Shown: positions 26,902 through 37,476, counted from the first letter of the stretch. The stretch: DNA of 64,000 nt from Candidatus Xenobia bacterium (GCA_045863235.1 BTUM01000039.1:1-64000); one strand, 5' to 3'. Notes: generated by a model from the letters alone, not told the origin. Program-made: numbers and translations.

Positions 26902-29900
26902 ATGCCCACCACCCATAGCTTTCGGCCCGTCAATCCACAGGTTCGCTTCCCCGAGCTCGAGGAGCGCATTCTCGAGCACTGGCGCCAGGTCGGCGCTTTC
27001 AAGCTGAGCCTCGAGCAGCGCCGCGAGTCGCCCGAGTACATTTTCTACGAAGGTCCCCCCACCGCGAACGGCAAGCCTGGCGTCCACCACGTGCAGGCCC
27101 GCGCCTACAAGGACCTGTTCCCGCGTTACAAGACCATGCGAGGCTACCTGGTGCGCCGCAAAGCGGGCTGGGATTGCCACGGCCTGCCGGTCGAGATCGA
27201 GGTCGAGAAGCAGCTCGGCTTCTCGGGCAAGAAGGCCATCGAGGACTACGGCATCGAGCCCTTCAACCGAAAGTGCCGTGAGTCGGTGATGACCTACGAG
27301 GGCGCATGGCGCGAGATGACCGAGCGGATCGGCTTCTGGGTCGACCTGGACGACGCCTACATGACCATGAGCAACGAGTTCGTGGAGAGCGTCTGGTGGT
27401 CGCTCAAGACCCTGTGGGACAAGGACCTCATCTATCTGGGCTACAAAGTGGTGCCCTACTGCGCCCACGACTCCACCCCGCTGTCGAGCCACGAGGTCGG
27501 CCTGGGTTACAAGGACGTGCGCGATCCGTCCATCACGGTGCGCTTCCCGCTGCTCGATCCGGTCAAGCTGGGGCTGCCCGAGAAGACGGCCATGCTGGTC
27601 TGGACCACCACTCCCTGGACGCTGCCGGGCAACACCGGCTGCGCCGTCCACCCGGACTTTCAGTACGTGGTGGTGAAAAAGGACGACGAGCTCTTACTGC
27701 TGGCCGACAGTCTCAAAGCCAGAGTGGTGGGGGAGGAGGCCGAGGTGGTGGCCCGGATCGCCGGCCAGGCCCTGGTGGGCGCTTTCTATGAGGCTCCCTT
27801 CCGCTTTTTCGAGTTCGGAGAGAAGTCGGGCCATCGGGTGGTGGCGGGCGACTTCGTGACCGCCGAGGACGGCACTGGCATCGTGCACATCGCCCCCGCC
27901 TTCGGCGCCGACGACCTTGAGATGGCCCGCCGCTTCGACCTGCCGGTGGTGCACTCGGTGGGCATCGACGGCAAGTTCCTCGAGCAGACCGGTCCGTTTG
28001 CCGGTATGTGGTTCAAGGACGCCGACAAGGCCGTGATCCGCGATCTCAAAGACCGGAGCCTGCTTTTCAAGCGCGAGGATTACCTGCACAGCTATCCCCA
28101 CTGCTGGCGCTGCTCCAATCCGTTGATGTACTATGCCACCGACAGCTGGTTCATCGCCAATACCCGCCTCAAGGAGCGCTTGATCGAGCGCAACCAGGAG
28201 ATCAACTGGATTCCCCCTCACATCAAGAACGGCCGCTACGGCGATTGGCTGAACAACCTGGTGGACTGGGCCCTGTCGCGGACCCGCTACTGGGGAACTC
28301 CGCTGCCGATCTGGGTGTGCCCCTGTGGCCACAAGGAGATGGTCGGATCTTTCGCCGAGCTGGCCGAGCGCTCTCTGACCCCCCTGCAGACCCCCTTTGA
28401 CCCCCACCGGCCTTACGTGGACGACATCCTGTTCCAGTGCCCGAAGTGCCCCGAGCAGATGAAGCGCGTTCCGGACGTGATCGACTGCTGGTACGACAGC
28501 GGCGCCATGCCGTTTGCCCAGCAGCACTACCCCTTCGAGAACAAGCAGCGCTTCGAGCAGAGGGCTTTCCCGGCCGACTTCATCTGCGAGGGCCTCGATC
28601 AGACCCGGGGCTGGTTCAACTCGCTTCACCAGCTGGGTGTGATGCTGTTCGACCGCATCGCCTACAAGAACGTGATCTGCCATGGCCTGATTCTGGACGG
28701 CCAGGGCGAGAAGATGTCCAAACGACTGGGTAACATCGTCGACCCCTGGACCATTCTCAACCAGCACGGGGCCGACAGCCTGCGCTGGTACCTCTACACT
28801 TCGGCTCCCCCCGAGCAGAGCCGCCGCTTTTCGGCCGACCTGGTGGGCGAGGCCTGCCGCAAGTTCCTGGTCACGCTGTGGAACACTTATCACTTCTATG
28901 TTTCCAACGCCAACGCCAACCAGGTCGATCGCTCCAAAGCTCGCCCACCGGCCGAGCGCAGCCCGCTCGACCGCTGGTTGCTGGCCGCCCTGCACGAGCT
29001 GATCGGCGTCGTCAGCGAGAAGCTGGACGCCTACGACGTCACGGGTGCCGCCCGGGCTCTGGGTGGTTTCGTGGACCTTCTCTCCAACTGGTATGTGCGC
29101 CGCTCGCGCGACCGCTTCTGGGACGGCGAGGCCGACGCCAACGCCACTCTGCACGAGGCTCTGGTGACGCTGAGCCAGCTGTTGGCCCCTTTCGTGCCGT
29201 TCCTGAGCGAGGACATCTACCTCAACCTGTGCGGCGAAAAACAGAGCGTCCACCTGACCGACTGGCCGGTGGCCGACCCCTCACTGTTGAACGCCGATCT
29301 GGTCTACGACACAGTGGTGGCCATCAAGGCTGTCTCGGCGGGCCGCTCGGCCCGAACCCAGGCCAGCCTGCGCATCCGCCAGCCGCTGGCCCAGGCCCTG
29401 GTGGGTGCCTCCACCACGCGGGACCGACAGGCCCTGGAGCGCTTCCGAGACGTCATCCAGGAAGAGCTGAACGTCAAGGATCTGCGCTTTCTCGACCCGG
29501 GAGCCTCCTTTCTGGACTACCAGCTGCGGCCCAACCTCCCCCTGATGGGGAAGAAGTATGGCAAGCAGATTCCGGCCATCAAAGAGGCCCTGGGGAAGGC
29601 TGATCCTCGCGAGATCGCTCGCCAGGTGCACGAGGGCCAGTTCGTGCGATTGACCCCGGAAATCGAGGTGCTGGCCGAGGAGATCCTGGTCGAGGCCCGC
29701 AGTCCCGAGGGTTATGCCGCCCAGGAGGAGGGCGGCGTGATCGTGGCTCTCAGCACCGAGCTGACCCCCGAGCTCGAGCTCGAGGGTACCGCCCGCGACC
29801 TGATCCGCCAGGTGCAGGAGCTTCGCAAGAAGGCCGATCTGGCCATCACCGACCGCATCAAGGCCTGGATCGCCGGTGCTGACGCAGCGGCGCAGGCCCA

Positions 29901-30030
29901 CCGCGAAACGATCATGGAGCAGACCCTGGCGGTCTCGCTCGAGCTGAGCGAGCCTCCCGCCGAAGCAGCGCAGGCCGAGACCGAGCTGGAGAAGGGTCAG
30001 AAGGCAAAGGTCGGCGTGCTGAAGGCGTAG
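26902..30030 (+). CDS. ileS: Isoleucine-tRNA ligase, type 2
   Basis: EGPPTANGKPGVHH, GWDCHGLPVE, WTTTPWT, DWALSR.RYWG, DQTRGWF and KMSKR motifs; IleRS2-type C-terminus. Confidence 0.97.
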   Translation: MPTTHSFRPVNPQVRFPELEERILEHWRQVGAFKLSLEQRRESPEYIFYEGPPTANGKPGVHHVQARAYKDLFPRYKTMRGYLVRRKAGWDCHGLPVEIEVEKQLGFSGKKAIEDYGIEPFNRKCRESVMTYEGAWREMTERIGFWVDLDDAYMTMSNEFVESVWWSLKTLWDKDLIYLGYKVVPYCAHDSTPLSSHEVGLGYKDVRDPSITVRFPLLDPVKLGLPEKTAMLVWTTTPWTLPGNTGCAVHPDFQYVVVKKDDELLLLADSLKARVVGEEAEVVARIAGQALVGAFYEAPFRFFEFGEKSGHRVVAGDFVTAEDGTGIVHIAPAFGADDLEMARRFDLPVVHSVGIDGKFLEQTGPFAGMWFKDADKAVIRDLKDRSLLFKREDYLHSYPHCWRCSNPLMYYATDSWFIANTRLKERLIERNQEINWIPPHIKNGRYGDWLNNLVDWALSRTRYWGTPLPIWVCPCGHKEMVGSFAELAERSLTPLQTPFDPHRPYVDDILFQCPKCPEQMKRVPDVIDCWYDSGAMPFAQQHYPFENKQRFEQRAFPADFICEGLDQTRGWFNSLHQLGVMLFDRIAYKNVICHGLILDGQGEKMSKRLGNIVDPWTILNQHGADSLRWYLYTSAPPEQSRRFSADLVGEACRKFLVTLWNTYHFYVSNANANQVDRSKARPPAERSPLDRWLLAALHELIGVVSEKLDAYDVTGAARALGGFVDLLSNWYVRRSRDRFWDGEADANATLHEALVTLSQLLAPFVPFLSEDIYLNLCGEKQSVHLTDWPVADPSLLNADLVYDTVVAIKAVSAGRSARTQASLRIRQPLAQALVGASTTRDRQALERFRDVIQEELNVKDLRFLDPGASFLDYQLRPNLPLMGKKYGKQIPAIKEALGKADPREIARQVHEGQFVRLTPEIEVLAEEILVEARSPEGYAAQEEGGVIVALSTELTPELELEGTARDLIRQVQELRKKADLAITDRIKAWIAGADAAAQAHRETIMEQTLAVSLELSEPPAEAAQAETELEKGQKAKVGVLKA

Positions 30031-30070
30031 ACGGCGATTCTTCCAGATGTAGGGCGAAAGTCAGTTCGCC

Positions 30071-30613
30071 TCAGCGCGCTCCTGCCCCTGCGCGTATCTC
30101 TACGTCGATGTCCAGGGCCAGCTGGTCGGCCACCTGAGCCAGCTTGCTCTGCAAGGTCATGATCGAGATGGAGGCCGGAGCCGAGAGGCGCAGCGTCATG
30201 GAGAACATGGGCGTTCCGGTGTGGGCGGCATGGGTGACGCTCGAGTCGAGCGCGTCCACCGACACGCCTTGCTCGACCAGGGCGTGTACCACGTCGTGCA
30301 CGATGCCCTCGTGGTCCATCCCCTTGACGTGCACGGTCAGGGGCACCAGGTCGTTGGACGTGCGGCGCGGCGTGGTGAGCTTGGTGGAAAGCACCATGTT
30401 GAGCTCCTGAGCCACCTCGCCCACCTGGGCCAGCAGGTTCTGGCGGTGTTCGGCGGGCACCGAGACCAGCATGACCATGGCAAACTCACCGCCCAGCACG
30501 GCCATGCGCGAATCTTCCAGGTTGCCCCGGTGGGTCTTGATGGCCTGGGAAACGCGATCCACCAGCCCGGTCCGGTCCGAGCCAATCATGGACAAAACAA
30601 GATACTCTTTCAT
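30071..30613 (-). CDS. gcvR: GcvR-like tandem ACT-domain protein
   Basis: GSDRTGLV, NLEDSRMAVLGGEFA and GMDHEGIV motifs. Confidence 0.85.
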   Translation of the reverse strand: MKEYLVLSMIGSDRTGLVDRVSQAIKTHRGNLEDSRMAVLGGEFAMVMLVSVPAEHRQNLLAQVGEVAQELNMVLSTKLTTPRRTSNDLVPLTVHVKGMDHEGIVHDVVHALVEQGVSVDALDSSVTHAAHTGTPMFSMTLRLSAPASISIMTLQSKLAQVADQLALDIDVEIRAGAGAR

Positions 30614-30650
30614 GCTGGCGGGCCTTCCCCGCCTTGAGGGCGGTGTCCTG

Positions 30651-31292
30651 TCAAGGCGTGGGCGGGGGCAGGGTGACCCGGCCGCCTGTCTTGAGGTACT
30701 GCTCGGAGAGCTTGACGTCGTCCGGGCCGCGCACCCGGTGCAGGCTGGCAAGGTCGCGGTCCACCTTACGCAGCTCGGGCTCTTCCACGAATCGCACGGC
30801 AGCGATGCGCAGCACCTCGTCCCCCGAGCGTCCGCCACTCTCGAAATAGCGCTCCAGCGTCTTCATGCTGAGCTTGGACCACACCCCCAGCAGCGGAAAG
30901 GCAGTGCGACCGACGCGAGGCACCACGCACTCATAGCCCTCGCGCAGGTCGAACAGCAGCCCCATGAAGGCTTGCTTCACGTGGGGATAGTACCCGGGTG
31001 TGCAGATGGCCCAGTTGGTAGGAGCCGACCACAGACCGGTGTAGAGCCCTCCCAGAGGTCCGTAGCCGGGCAAGGAATCGCGCACCCAGTTCACGCGAGG
31101 GTGCTCGTTGACCGACTTCTGAAGCCACTGACCGATGGCCAGATTGTCGCCCACCACCAGTTGATTGGGGCAAAGGAGGCGAGAGTTCTTGAGCACGTGG
31201 CTCAGTAGCGGCTTGCCCGCCAGCAAAGTCAGCGGGGAATGGTCGCCGCGGCTGGACCGGCCCCCGGCCAGGACAATGGCGGTGAAGCTCAC
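30651..31292 (-). CDS. MobA-like nucleotidyltransferase (degenerate motifs)
   Basis: IVLAGGRSSR and D..PGYGPLGGLYTGL motifs. Confidence 0.75.
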   Translation of the reverse strand: MSFTAIVLAGGRSSRGDHSPLTLLAGKPLLSHVLKNSRLLCPNQLVVGDNLAIGQWLQKSVNEHPRVNWVRDSLPGYGPLGGLYTGLWSAPTNWAICTPGYYPHVKQAFMGLLFDLREGYECVVPRVGRTAFPLLGVWSKLSMKTLERYFESGGRSGDEVLRIAAVRFVEEPELRKVDRDLASLHRVRGPDDVKLSEQYLKTGGRVTLPPPTP

Positions 31293-31354
31293 CAGGGAAC
31301 CTTCTCTGGCGTCGGGGGGAACCCTGTGGGGCAGCCGAGAATCTGGCCCCCACC

Positions 31355-31576
31355 ATGGACGGATGCTACATTTGGGAAGAAAACAAAGACGGCGAGCGCA
31401 AGCTTCTGAAGGGCTATCTCCGAGAGGAGCCCTTTGCCTGGGTGGCCCGCATCATCGACAACGAAGGCAACGAATTGTGGAGCGAGAAACACGCTTCCCC
31501 CTCCAAAGCCCGGGTGGCCCTGGTGCAGAAAGTGCCCGACGAGGCTCGATTTCTCAAGGGGGCGGTCCCGGAATGA
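31355..31576 (+). CDS. Hypothetical small protein
   Basis: 73 aa with protein-like composition; fills the gap between flanking minus-strand genes. Confidence 0.6.
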   Translation: MDGCYIWEENKDGERKLLKGYLREEPFAWVARIIDNEGNELWSEKHASPSKARVALVQKVPDEARFLKGAVPE

Positions 31577-32957
31577 AGCCATAACCGCGGTACAGTCGTA
31601 GATGCCGCAGGGGCTTGCCGTCTCGATCGATCTCCACCGGGGAGGCTTCCTCAAAACGTGCAAAGTGCTGGCTCAACACCTCGTTGCTGACCGGGTGGCG
31701 CGCGTCGGCCACGATCAGGGCGTCCCAGCCGGCGAACTCACGCGGGTCCTCCCAGTAGCGATAGGAGACCGAGTTGGGTAGCCCGAGCGCATTCTGGGCC
31801 AGGGTGTGATGGGGGCGCCGAGTGGTGAAGGCCAGCTGGCTGGCGGCTTCGTAGCCGGTTCCCAGGTAGAAGGTTCTCTCCGGCTCGGGCATCCGGGTTC
31901 GCTCGGCCTCAATCTGCTCCCCCACCGGGCGCCAGCCGCTGAACGTATCCAGCGGATTGAAGGCCCCCAGCGGAATCAGGGCCACGACCCAGGGCAGGTA
32001 GCTGAGCGTGACTCCGAACAGGGCCAGCGTAGTGGCTGCCAGTCGCGAGGCTGGCCAGGACTGCACCAGAAAGTATGCCATCAAGAGGATCGACCCCAGA
32101 TAGCCGGGCATCGGCCAGTTGATGTTCACGAAGCGCTTGAGGGAGACCAGCACCATCAGGGCCAGGAAGGGGAGCGAGGACCAGACCAGGTAAGCGATGC
32201 GCTGATCTTGCATCTGCTTGAGGGCTCTGGACTGCGCCCAGACCACCAGAGCCAGCCCTGCCGGGGTCATCATGAGGAGTTGGAACAGGTAGCTGCGCAC
32301 TCTGGCCATCAAAGTGGCTGGCGCCTGTATGCGCTCGCTGCCCTGAAAGAGGAAAGAGGCCCAGTCGTGGGTGGCATTCCACCAGAGCACCGGACTGAAC
32401 AAAGCCATGGCCAGCAGGGCCGCCCCCGCGGTCTGCCAGGAGCGCCGCCCCAGCACCAGGGCCGGCAGGGGAATGAGGGCGGCCGGATACTTGCTCAGCA
32501 TACCGAGCCCGGTGATCAAGCCCAGCAACCACCACCAGCGAGGGTCTTCGCTTTCGACCAGCCGCCAGCCCGCCCACAGACCCGCGCACCAGCAGAAGAG
32601 GTGGGGCGAGTCCGGCATCATGGCCACCGAGAAGATGGCGAAGCTGGGCAGAAAGCCCAGCATGGTGGCAGCCACCAGGCCCACCAGAGGGCTGAACATG
32701 CGGCGCCCCAGGTCGAACACGAACCAGCTCGAGCCGATGAAGAGGAGTACCGCCGGGAGGCGCACCCAGAACTCGGTATCGCCCCCGGTCAGACCGATCA
32801 GCCAGCCCACCATGGGCGGATGGTCGAAGTAGGACAGGTCGGGATGCTGGGCATAGTTCCAATGGTAAGCTTCTTCGTGGGCCAGACCGACCCGTCCGAT
32901 GACCAGCAAGCGGGCCACGGTGGTCAGCCCCACCAGCAGCCAGAAGAGGCGGGTCAA
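31554..32957 (-). CDS. ArnT/GT39-like membrane glycosyltransferase
   Basis: EEAYHW, YFDHPPMVGW, GMLSKY and PVLWWN motifs; TTG start overlaps the upstream stop. Confidence 0.9.
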   Translation of the reverse strand: MTRLFWLLVGLTTVARLLVIGRVGLAHEEAYHWNYAQHPDLSYFDHPPMVGWLIGLTGGDTEFWVRLPAVLLFIGSSWFVFDLGRRMFSPLVGLVAATMLGFLPSFAIFSVAMMPDSPHLFCWCAGLWAGWRLVESEDPRWWWLLGLITGLGMLSKYPAALIPLPALVLGRRSWQTAGAALLAMALFSPVLWWNATHDWASFLFQGSERIQAPATLMARVRSYLFQLLMMTPAGLALVVWAQSRALKQMQDQRIAYLVWSSLPFLALMVLVSLKRFVNINWPMPGYLGSILLMAYFLVQSWPASRLAATTLALFGVTLSYLPWVVALIPLGAFNPLDTFSGWRPVGEQIEAERTRMPEPERTFYLGTGYEAASQLAFTTRRPHHTLAQNALGLPNSVSYRYWEDPREFAGWDALIVADARHPVSNEVLSQHFARFEEASPVEIDRDGKPLRHLRLYRGYGFIPGPPP

Positions 32958-33853
32958 CCCTGCGAGATCGTTCGGAAGTAGTGGATGGTGGCGAGCTCTC
33001 TGGCACACCACTTCTGCAGGGGATTCAGGGGCCGCTTACCGTTCGGGTCGCCCCGGTCAAGCTCAAGTTGCGAGCGGCAGAACTTCTCCAGCAGCCCCCC
33101 CACCGTGCTCATCCGGTAGACAGCCAGCCGGGGGGGGTGGATTCCCGTGGCAAAACGCGAGCGCAGGCGGGGATGCTTCTTGATGTAGAGCAGAGCAGTT
33201 CGAGCCTTGGCCTCGGCCTGGCGCAGCATGCCCTGGACATCGGTTGTCTGCGGGGGGCTCTTGACGTGGTAGCCCACGGCCTTGTAGTTGTTGCGGGCCT
33301 GGAGACCCAGCGCCATCAGGCGTAAGCCCAGCTCTTGATCCTCCCAGCCGTATTCCTTGAACTCTTCGTCGAACAGGCCGGCTGCCAGCAAGTGCTCGCG
33401 CTTGACGGACACGTTGGAGGTCCAGAAGAAAGAGGTAGAGATGTCGGCCATCGTAAAACGTCGTTTTTCCGGGCGAACCGGGGTCTCGACGTGGTTGACC
33501 CAGCCGTTGACCACGGCTTTGGGATGCTTGAAATGTGAACGCAGGTGCTCGGCCAGCAGGCGCCTGTCGGCCAGCACGTCGTCGTCGATGAACAGCACCA
33601 CCCAACCGGAGGCGGCCATGATACCGGTGTTGCGGGCCGTGGCCAGACCCTGGTTGGCCTGGGTGCGAAGCACCAGCCTGTAGGGCAGATCCAGCGACTG
33701 GACACGCTGGGAGGTGCCGTCGGTGGAGCCGTCGTCCACCACCACCACCTCGAACTGATCGGCCGGCAGGGTCTGGTCGGTCAGCGACAGCAGCACTTTC
33801 TCGAGACTGGCGATGCGGTTGTAACTGCACAGCACGACGGAGATCTCGATCAT
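32954..33853 (-). CDS. GT2 glycosyltransferase
   Basis: VVDDGSTDGT, ARNTG, FIDDD and YGWEDQELG motifs. Confidence 0.93.
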   Translation of the reverse strand: MIEISVVLCSYNRIASLEKVLLSLTDQTLPADQFEVVVVDDGSTDGTSQRVQSLDLPYRLVLRTQANQGLATARNTGIMAASGWVVLFIDDDVLADRRLLAEHLRSHFKHPKAVVNGWVNHVETPVRPEKRRFTMADISTSFFWTSNVSVKREHLLAAGLFDEEFKEYGWEDQELGLRLMALGLQARNNYKAVGYHVKSPPQTTDVQGMLRQAEAKARTALLYIKKHPRLRSRFATGIHPPRLAVYRMSTVGGLLEKFCRSQLELDRGDPNGKRPLNPLQKWCARELATIHYFRTISQG

Positions 33854-34680
33854 CGTCGCAGCTCCTCGCGCCCGGCCCGCAGGTACTCTCGGTCGAGGCG
33901 CTGGGCCTCCACCAGGGCTTTCAAGCCAGGAATTCGGTCCAGCCACGGAAGGCTGAGAAGCTCGCTGCGAGCGTAGTTCACAGGGTGCAGCCCGCTGCGC
34001 AGCAGCATGCGGAAACTGGGATAGCGGCGCAGCAGTCGGGCGGCCGAACGGCCGTCGGCGCGCCGGGTGGCCGCCGCCTGGGAGAGGGGCACCGGCGGCT
34101 TGAGATGGTGCACGTAGGCCTCGGGCAAGAAGGTGCGCTTGACGCCCAGGCGCTTGAGCCGCAGGCCCAGGTCGGCATCTTCGAGTCGCTCCAGGCTCTC
34201 GTCGAAGAGCCCTGCTTCGAACAGGTGCTCGCGCCGCACGGAGGCATTGCTGGTGCAAAAGTAGTTCATGGAGTAGTGGCGCCAGAGCTGGGAAGGGCTC
34301 TGCTCGGGCGGGGAGGGCACATTGATCACCGGCCCTCGCACGACCTGGCGCACCTGGCCGCGGTGGGCGTCGGCGTGCAGGGTGAGGAGATCGGGCGAGG
34401 CCAGCACGTCGTCATCGAGGAACAGGCACCAGCTTCCTCGGGCGTTCTGGATGGCGTGGTTGCGGGCGGCCGAGGTGCCCCGGCCTTCCTGGCGGAGGGG
34501 CCTGAGGGGATAGCTCAGCTGCAAGCAACCGAGCGCCTCGCTGGTGCCATCGGTCGAGCCGTCGTCCACCACGACCACCTCGAAGCGCTCGCGAGGGAAG
34601 CGCTGGAGCTCGAGCTCGCGCAATACCAGCATGAGGCTGGGGCAGCGGTTGCGGGTGGGGATGATCAGGCTGAACTGCAC
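33850..34680 (-). CDS. GT2 glycosyltransferase (paralog of its neighbour)
   Basis: VVDDGSTDGT, FLDDD and LEDADLG motifs; start is GTG 34680 or TTG 34689. Confidence 0.92.
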   Translation of the reverse strand: MQFSLIIPTRNRCPSLMLVLRELELQRFPRERFEVVVVDDGSTDGTSEALGCLQLSYPLRPLRQEGRGTSAARNHAIQNARGSWCLFLDDDVLASPDLLTLHADAHRGQVRQVVRGPVINVPSPPEQSPSQLWRHYSMNYFCTSNASVRREHLFEAGLFDESLERLEDADLGLRLKRLGVKRTFLPEAYVHHLKPPVPLSQAAATRRADGRSAARLLRRYPSFRMLLRSGLHPVNYARSELLSLPWLDRIPGLKALVEAQRLDREYLRAGREELRR

Positions 34681-34718
34681 CGGAGGCAATACTCGGATGG
34701 CCCGGGAATTCCTGTCGC

Positions 34719-35714
34719 ATGGATGCTCGAGAACGGGCCCGAGGATGTCTGGTCGGGCTGGCTCTGGGAGATGCGCTGGGCTTTCCGCTGGAAGGGTTGA
34801 GCCCGGCGCACATCAAGCGCCGCTTCGGTCAGGTGGCCAGGTTCCGGTTCCTGGGTCGAACCGGCTATGTCTCCGACGACACCGAGCTATCTGTCCTGGT
34901 GGGGGAAGCCCTGCTCGAATCGGGCGGCGATCCCGAGCAGGCCGCGCGAGCCTTCGGCCGTCGCCTGGTGGGCTGGTTCTGGTGGCTGCCTCCAGGAATC
35001 GGGATGGCCACCGCGCGCTCGGCTTTGCGCTGGACTTTCCGGGGGACCGGCGGGGTGGCCTCGGCCGGCAATGGAGCAGCCATGCGAGCTGCGCCGCTGG
35101 GTCTGTGGCCCGACCACCGGCCCGAGCTCGTGCGCGCGCTCAGTCGGGTTACCCACACTGACCCGCGGGCCGTAGACGGGGCCCTGGTGGTGGCCGAAGC
35201 GGTGGCACTGCTGTGCGCCGGGCGAGAGGCCGACTGGCCGGCGCTGTCCGAGCGGCTCCCCGAGCTCGAGCCCCGCCTGCGCGAGGTCCTGGACCAGGCC
35301 TGGAAGCTGGTCAGCTTTCAGGCTTCTCCCGAGCTGCGGGCCGAGCGCCTGGGCACCAGCGGCTACGTGCTGCACTCGGTGCCCCTTGCCCTGGCCGCCC
35401 TCTGGAGCCGACCTGCATCGTTTCTGGAGGGACTGCAGTCGGTGATCTTGCGCGGAGGGGACGCCGACTCCAATGGAGCCATCGCGGGCGCCCTGCTTGG
35501 GGCCGCCTTCGGGCGCTCGGCACTGCCCACCGAGCTGGCCTCAGCCCTGGAGCCCGCCTTTTCGGCCTGGAGGCTGGAGGCGCTGGCTGACGATCTCCTG
35601 GCCGGTCGCCGCCAAGAATACCAGAGCGCCAGCTTCGCCGCTCTGCGGGCTCGCGAGCTGGCCGTCAAGCTGGGGGTGGGCCTGCACGTCCTGCGTCGGC
35701 TCTGGCCGCTTTGA
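34719..35714 (+). CDS. ADP-ribosylglycohydrolase family protein
   Basis: GDALG, SDDT, GNGAAMR and GGDADSNGA motifs. Confidence 0.92.
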   Translation: MDARERARGCLVGLALGDALGFPLEGLSPAHIKRRFGQVARFRFLGRTGYVSDDTELSVLVGEALLESGGDPEQAARAFGRRLVGWFWWLPPGIGMATARSALRWTFRGTGGVASAGNGAAMRAAPLGLWPDHRPELVRALSRVTHTDPRAVDGALVVAEAVALLCAGREADWPALSERLPELEPRLREVLDQAWKLVSFQASPELRAERLGTSGYVLHSVPLALAALWSRPASFLEGLQSVILRGGDADSNGAIAGALLGAAFGRSALPTELASALEPAFSAWRLEALADDLLAGRRQEYQSASFAALRARELAVKLGVGLHVLRRLWPL

Positions 35715-35811
35715 GCACCGGCCTAACCTCAAGGCTGGGCAGCTGGCTCGTGGCGCGGGCTTTCGACCTGACAGTGCATGGGACGCCTCGGCAGGGCTTG
35801 CTGCTCAGCGC

Positions 35812-37476
35812 TCAGCCCTCGGGCGGCGGCGGCGCGGCCGGCACCTCGACCTGGGCAAAGCGCACTTGGGAGGCGTTGCCCACGTTGTCGAGCACTTCCA
35901 GGGCCACGTGCAGGGTGCGTGCCTCGGCCGCTGGCTCGACCGCGATGCTGGCTCGCTCCAGGGTGCCGGTGGCCGCGGGACGGGCGGTGGCGATCAGCCG
36001 GGCCGCCTGCAGATCCTCGATCGGCTGGTCGCTGACCCGCAGCCTGTAAGCGGCGGCCTGGCCGCACCAGGAGTCGTCTCCGGTGGCGGTCCACTGCATG
36101 GTCACGCGGTCGGGAGCTGTCTCGACCGCCCGCAGGTCATTGGGAGCAGCCGGGGCCACCTGGTCGTTCTCCACCGCCCGGGCGGCGTTGAGCCGTCCGC
36201 CCGTCGTGCTGCGGCCCTGCATGGCTTCCACCGGGTCGGTGCTGAGCAACAGGCGCTGCTTGATCTCTTCGTTGCTGGCCTGGGGGTAGGCGGTAGCGAT
36301 GAGGCCAGCCACCCCGCTCACATGAGGCGTTGCCATCGAGGTGCCGTTGTAGGCCGCGTAGCCGTTGTTGGGCACGGTGGAGAGAATGCTGACACCGGGC
36401 GCGGCCAGGTGCACGGTCTGGGCGCCGTAGCACGAGAAGCGCGCCTTCTGGTCATTGTGGTCGGTGGCGGCCACGGCCACCATGTTGGGCATGTCGTAGG
36501 AGCTGGGATAGAACGGACGCTGGTCGTTATCGGTGCCGTTGTTTCCGGCACCGGCGATGTGCAGTGCCGGCGAGCTGGCGAAGGCGTCGAAGAGGGCCTG
36601 TGAATAGGCCCCCCCGCCCCACGAGTTCGAGGTGATGCGGGCCCCCATCTGGGTGGCATAGGCCACGCCCCGCAGAATGGTGGCAGCGTTGGTGGTGGGG
36701 GAGGAGCCAGCGAAGATCTTGATGGGCATCAGGCGGGCCTGCCAGTTCACCCCGACCACGCCCTGATTGTTGTTGCCCTCGGCTCCGATGGTGCCGGATA
36801 CGTGCGTGCCGTGGAAGTGCTCGTCCACCGGGTTGCCGTGCTGGTTGTAAGCGTCGTAGCCGTGCACGTCGTCCACCACGCCGTTGCCGTCGTCGTCGAT
36901 GCCGTTGCCAGGAATTTCGCCCGGGTTGGTCCACAGGTTGTTGACCAGGTCCGGATGGCTCATGTCCATCCCTGTGTCGATGACGGCGATGACCGGAGCG
37001 TCCGCCTGGTTGGAGCCGCGCACCGTGGCCCAGGCCCCCGGGGCGGAGATGTCCGCGCCGGCGGTGCCGCCGGTCTGTCCCTGGTTGTTCAGGCCCCAAA
37101 GGTCGGGGTGCAGGTCGTTGGGGGCCTCAGCCAGCGCATAGGTGAAGTTGGGCTCGACCCAGGCCACCCGGCCGTCCTCGCCCATCCGGCTCAGGGCCTG
37201 CTCGACGCTTGTGCCTGTCGGCAGGGACAGACGCAGCCACTGCTCCGCGCTCTCTTGCAGGGTTGGTCCAAGTTTGAACCGCTCGGCCACGCTGGCGCCA
37301 TAGTCGGAGGCGAAGTCAGACAGGCCGGAGCCGCTCTTGAGCTTGACGAGCACCTCGCCGGGCACGTGGTCGGGCAGGGGGGCCGACTCCATCCGGTCGG
37401 AGGGGGTTCTCGCGGCTGCCGGGGCGCTGCGAGTCGGGAGAGCGATGGGCTGGTTGGCAAGCGGTCGGATCATCAT
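35812..37476 (-). CDS. S8 subtilisin-family serine peptidase with an FN3-like C-terminal domain
   Basis: VIDTG, HGTHVSG and GTSMATPHV catalytic triad; no Sec signal visible. Confidence 0.93.
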   Translation of the reverse strand: MMIRPLANQPIALPTRSAPAAARTPSDRMESAPLPDHVPGEVLVKLKSGSGLSDFASDYGASVAERFKLGPTLQESAEQWLRLSLPTGTSVEQALSRMGEDGRVAWVEPNFTYALAEAPNDLHPDLWGLNNQGQTGGTAGADISAPGAWATVRGSNQADAPVIAVIDTGMDMSHPDLVNNLWTNPGEIPGNGIDDDGNGVVDDVHGYDAYNQHGNPVDEHFHGTHVSGTIGAEGNNNQGVVGVNWQARLMPIKIFAGSSPTTNAATILRGVAYATQMGARITSNSWGGGAYSQALFDAFASSPALHIAGAGNNGTDNDQRPFYPSSYDMPNMVAVAATDHNDQKARFSCYGAQTVHLAAPGVSILSTVPNNGYAAYNGTSMATPHVSGVAGLIATAYPQASNEEIKQRLLLSTDPVEAMQGRSTTGGRLNAARAVENDQVAPAAPNDLRAVETAPDRVTMQWTATGDDSWCGQAAAYRLRVSDQPIEDLQAARLIATARPAATGTLERASIAVEPAAEARTLHVALEVLDNVGNASQVRFAQVEVPAAPPPPEG

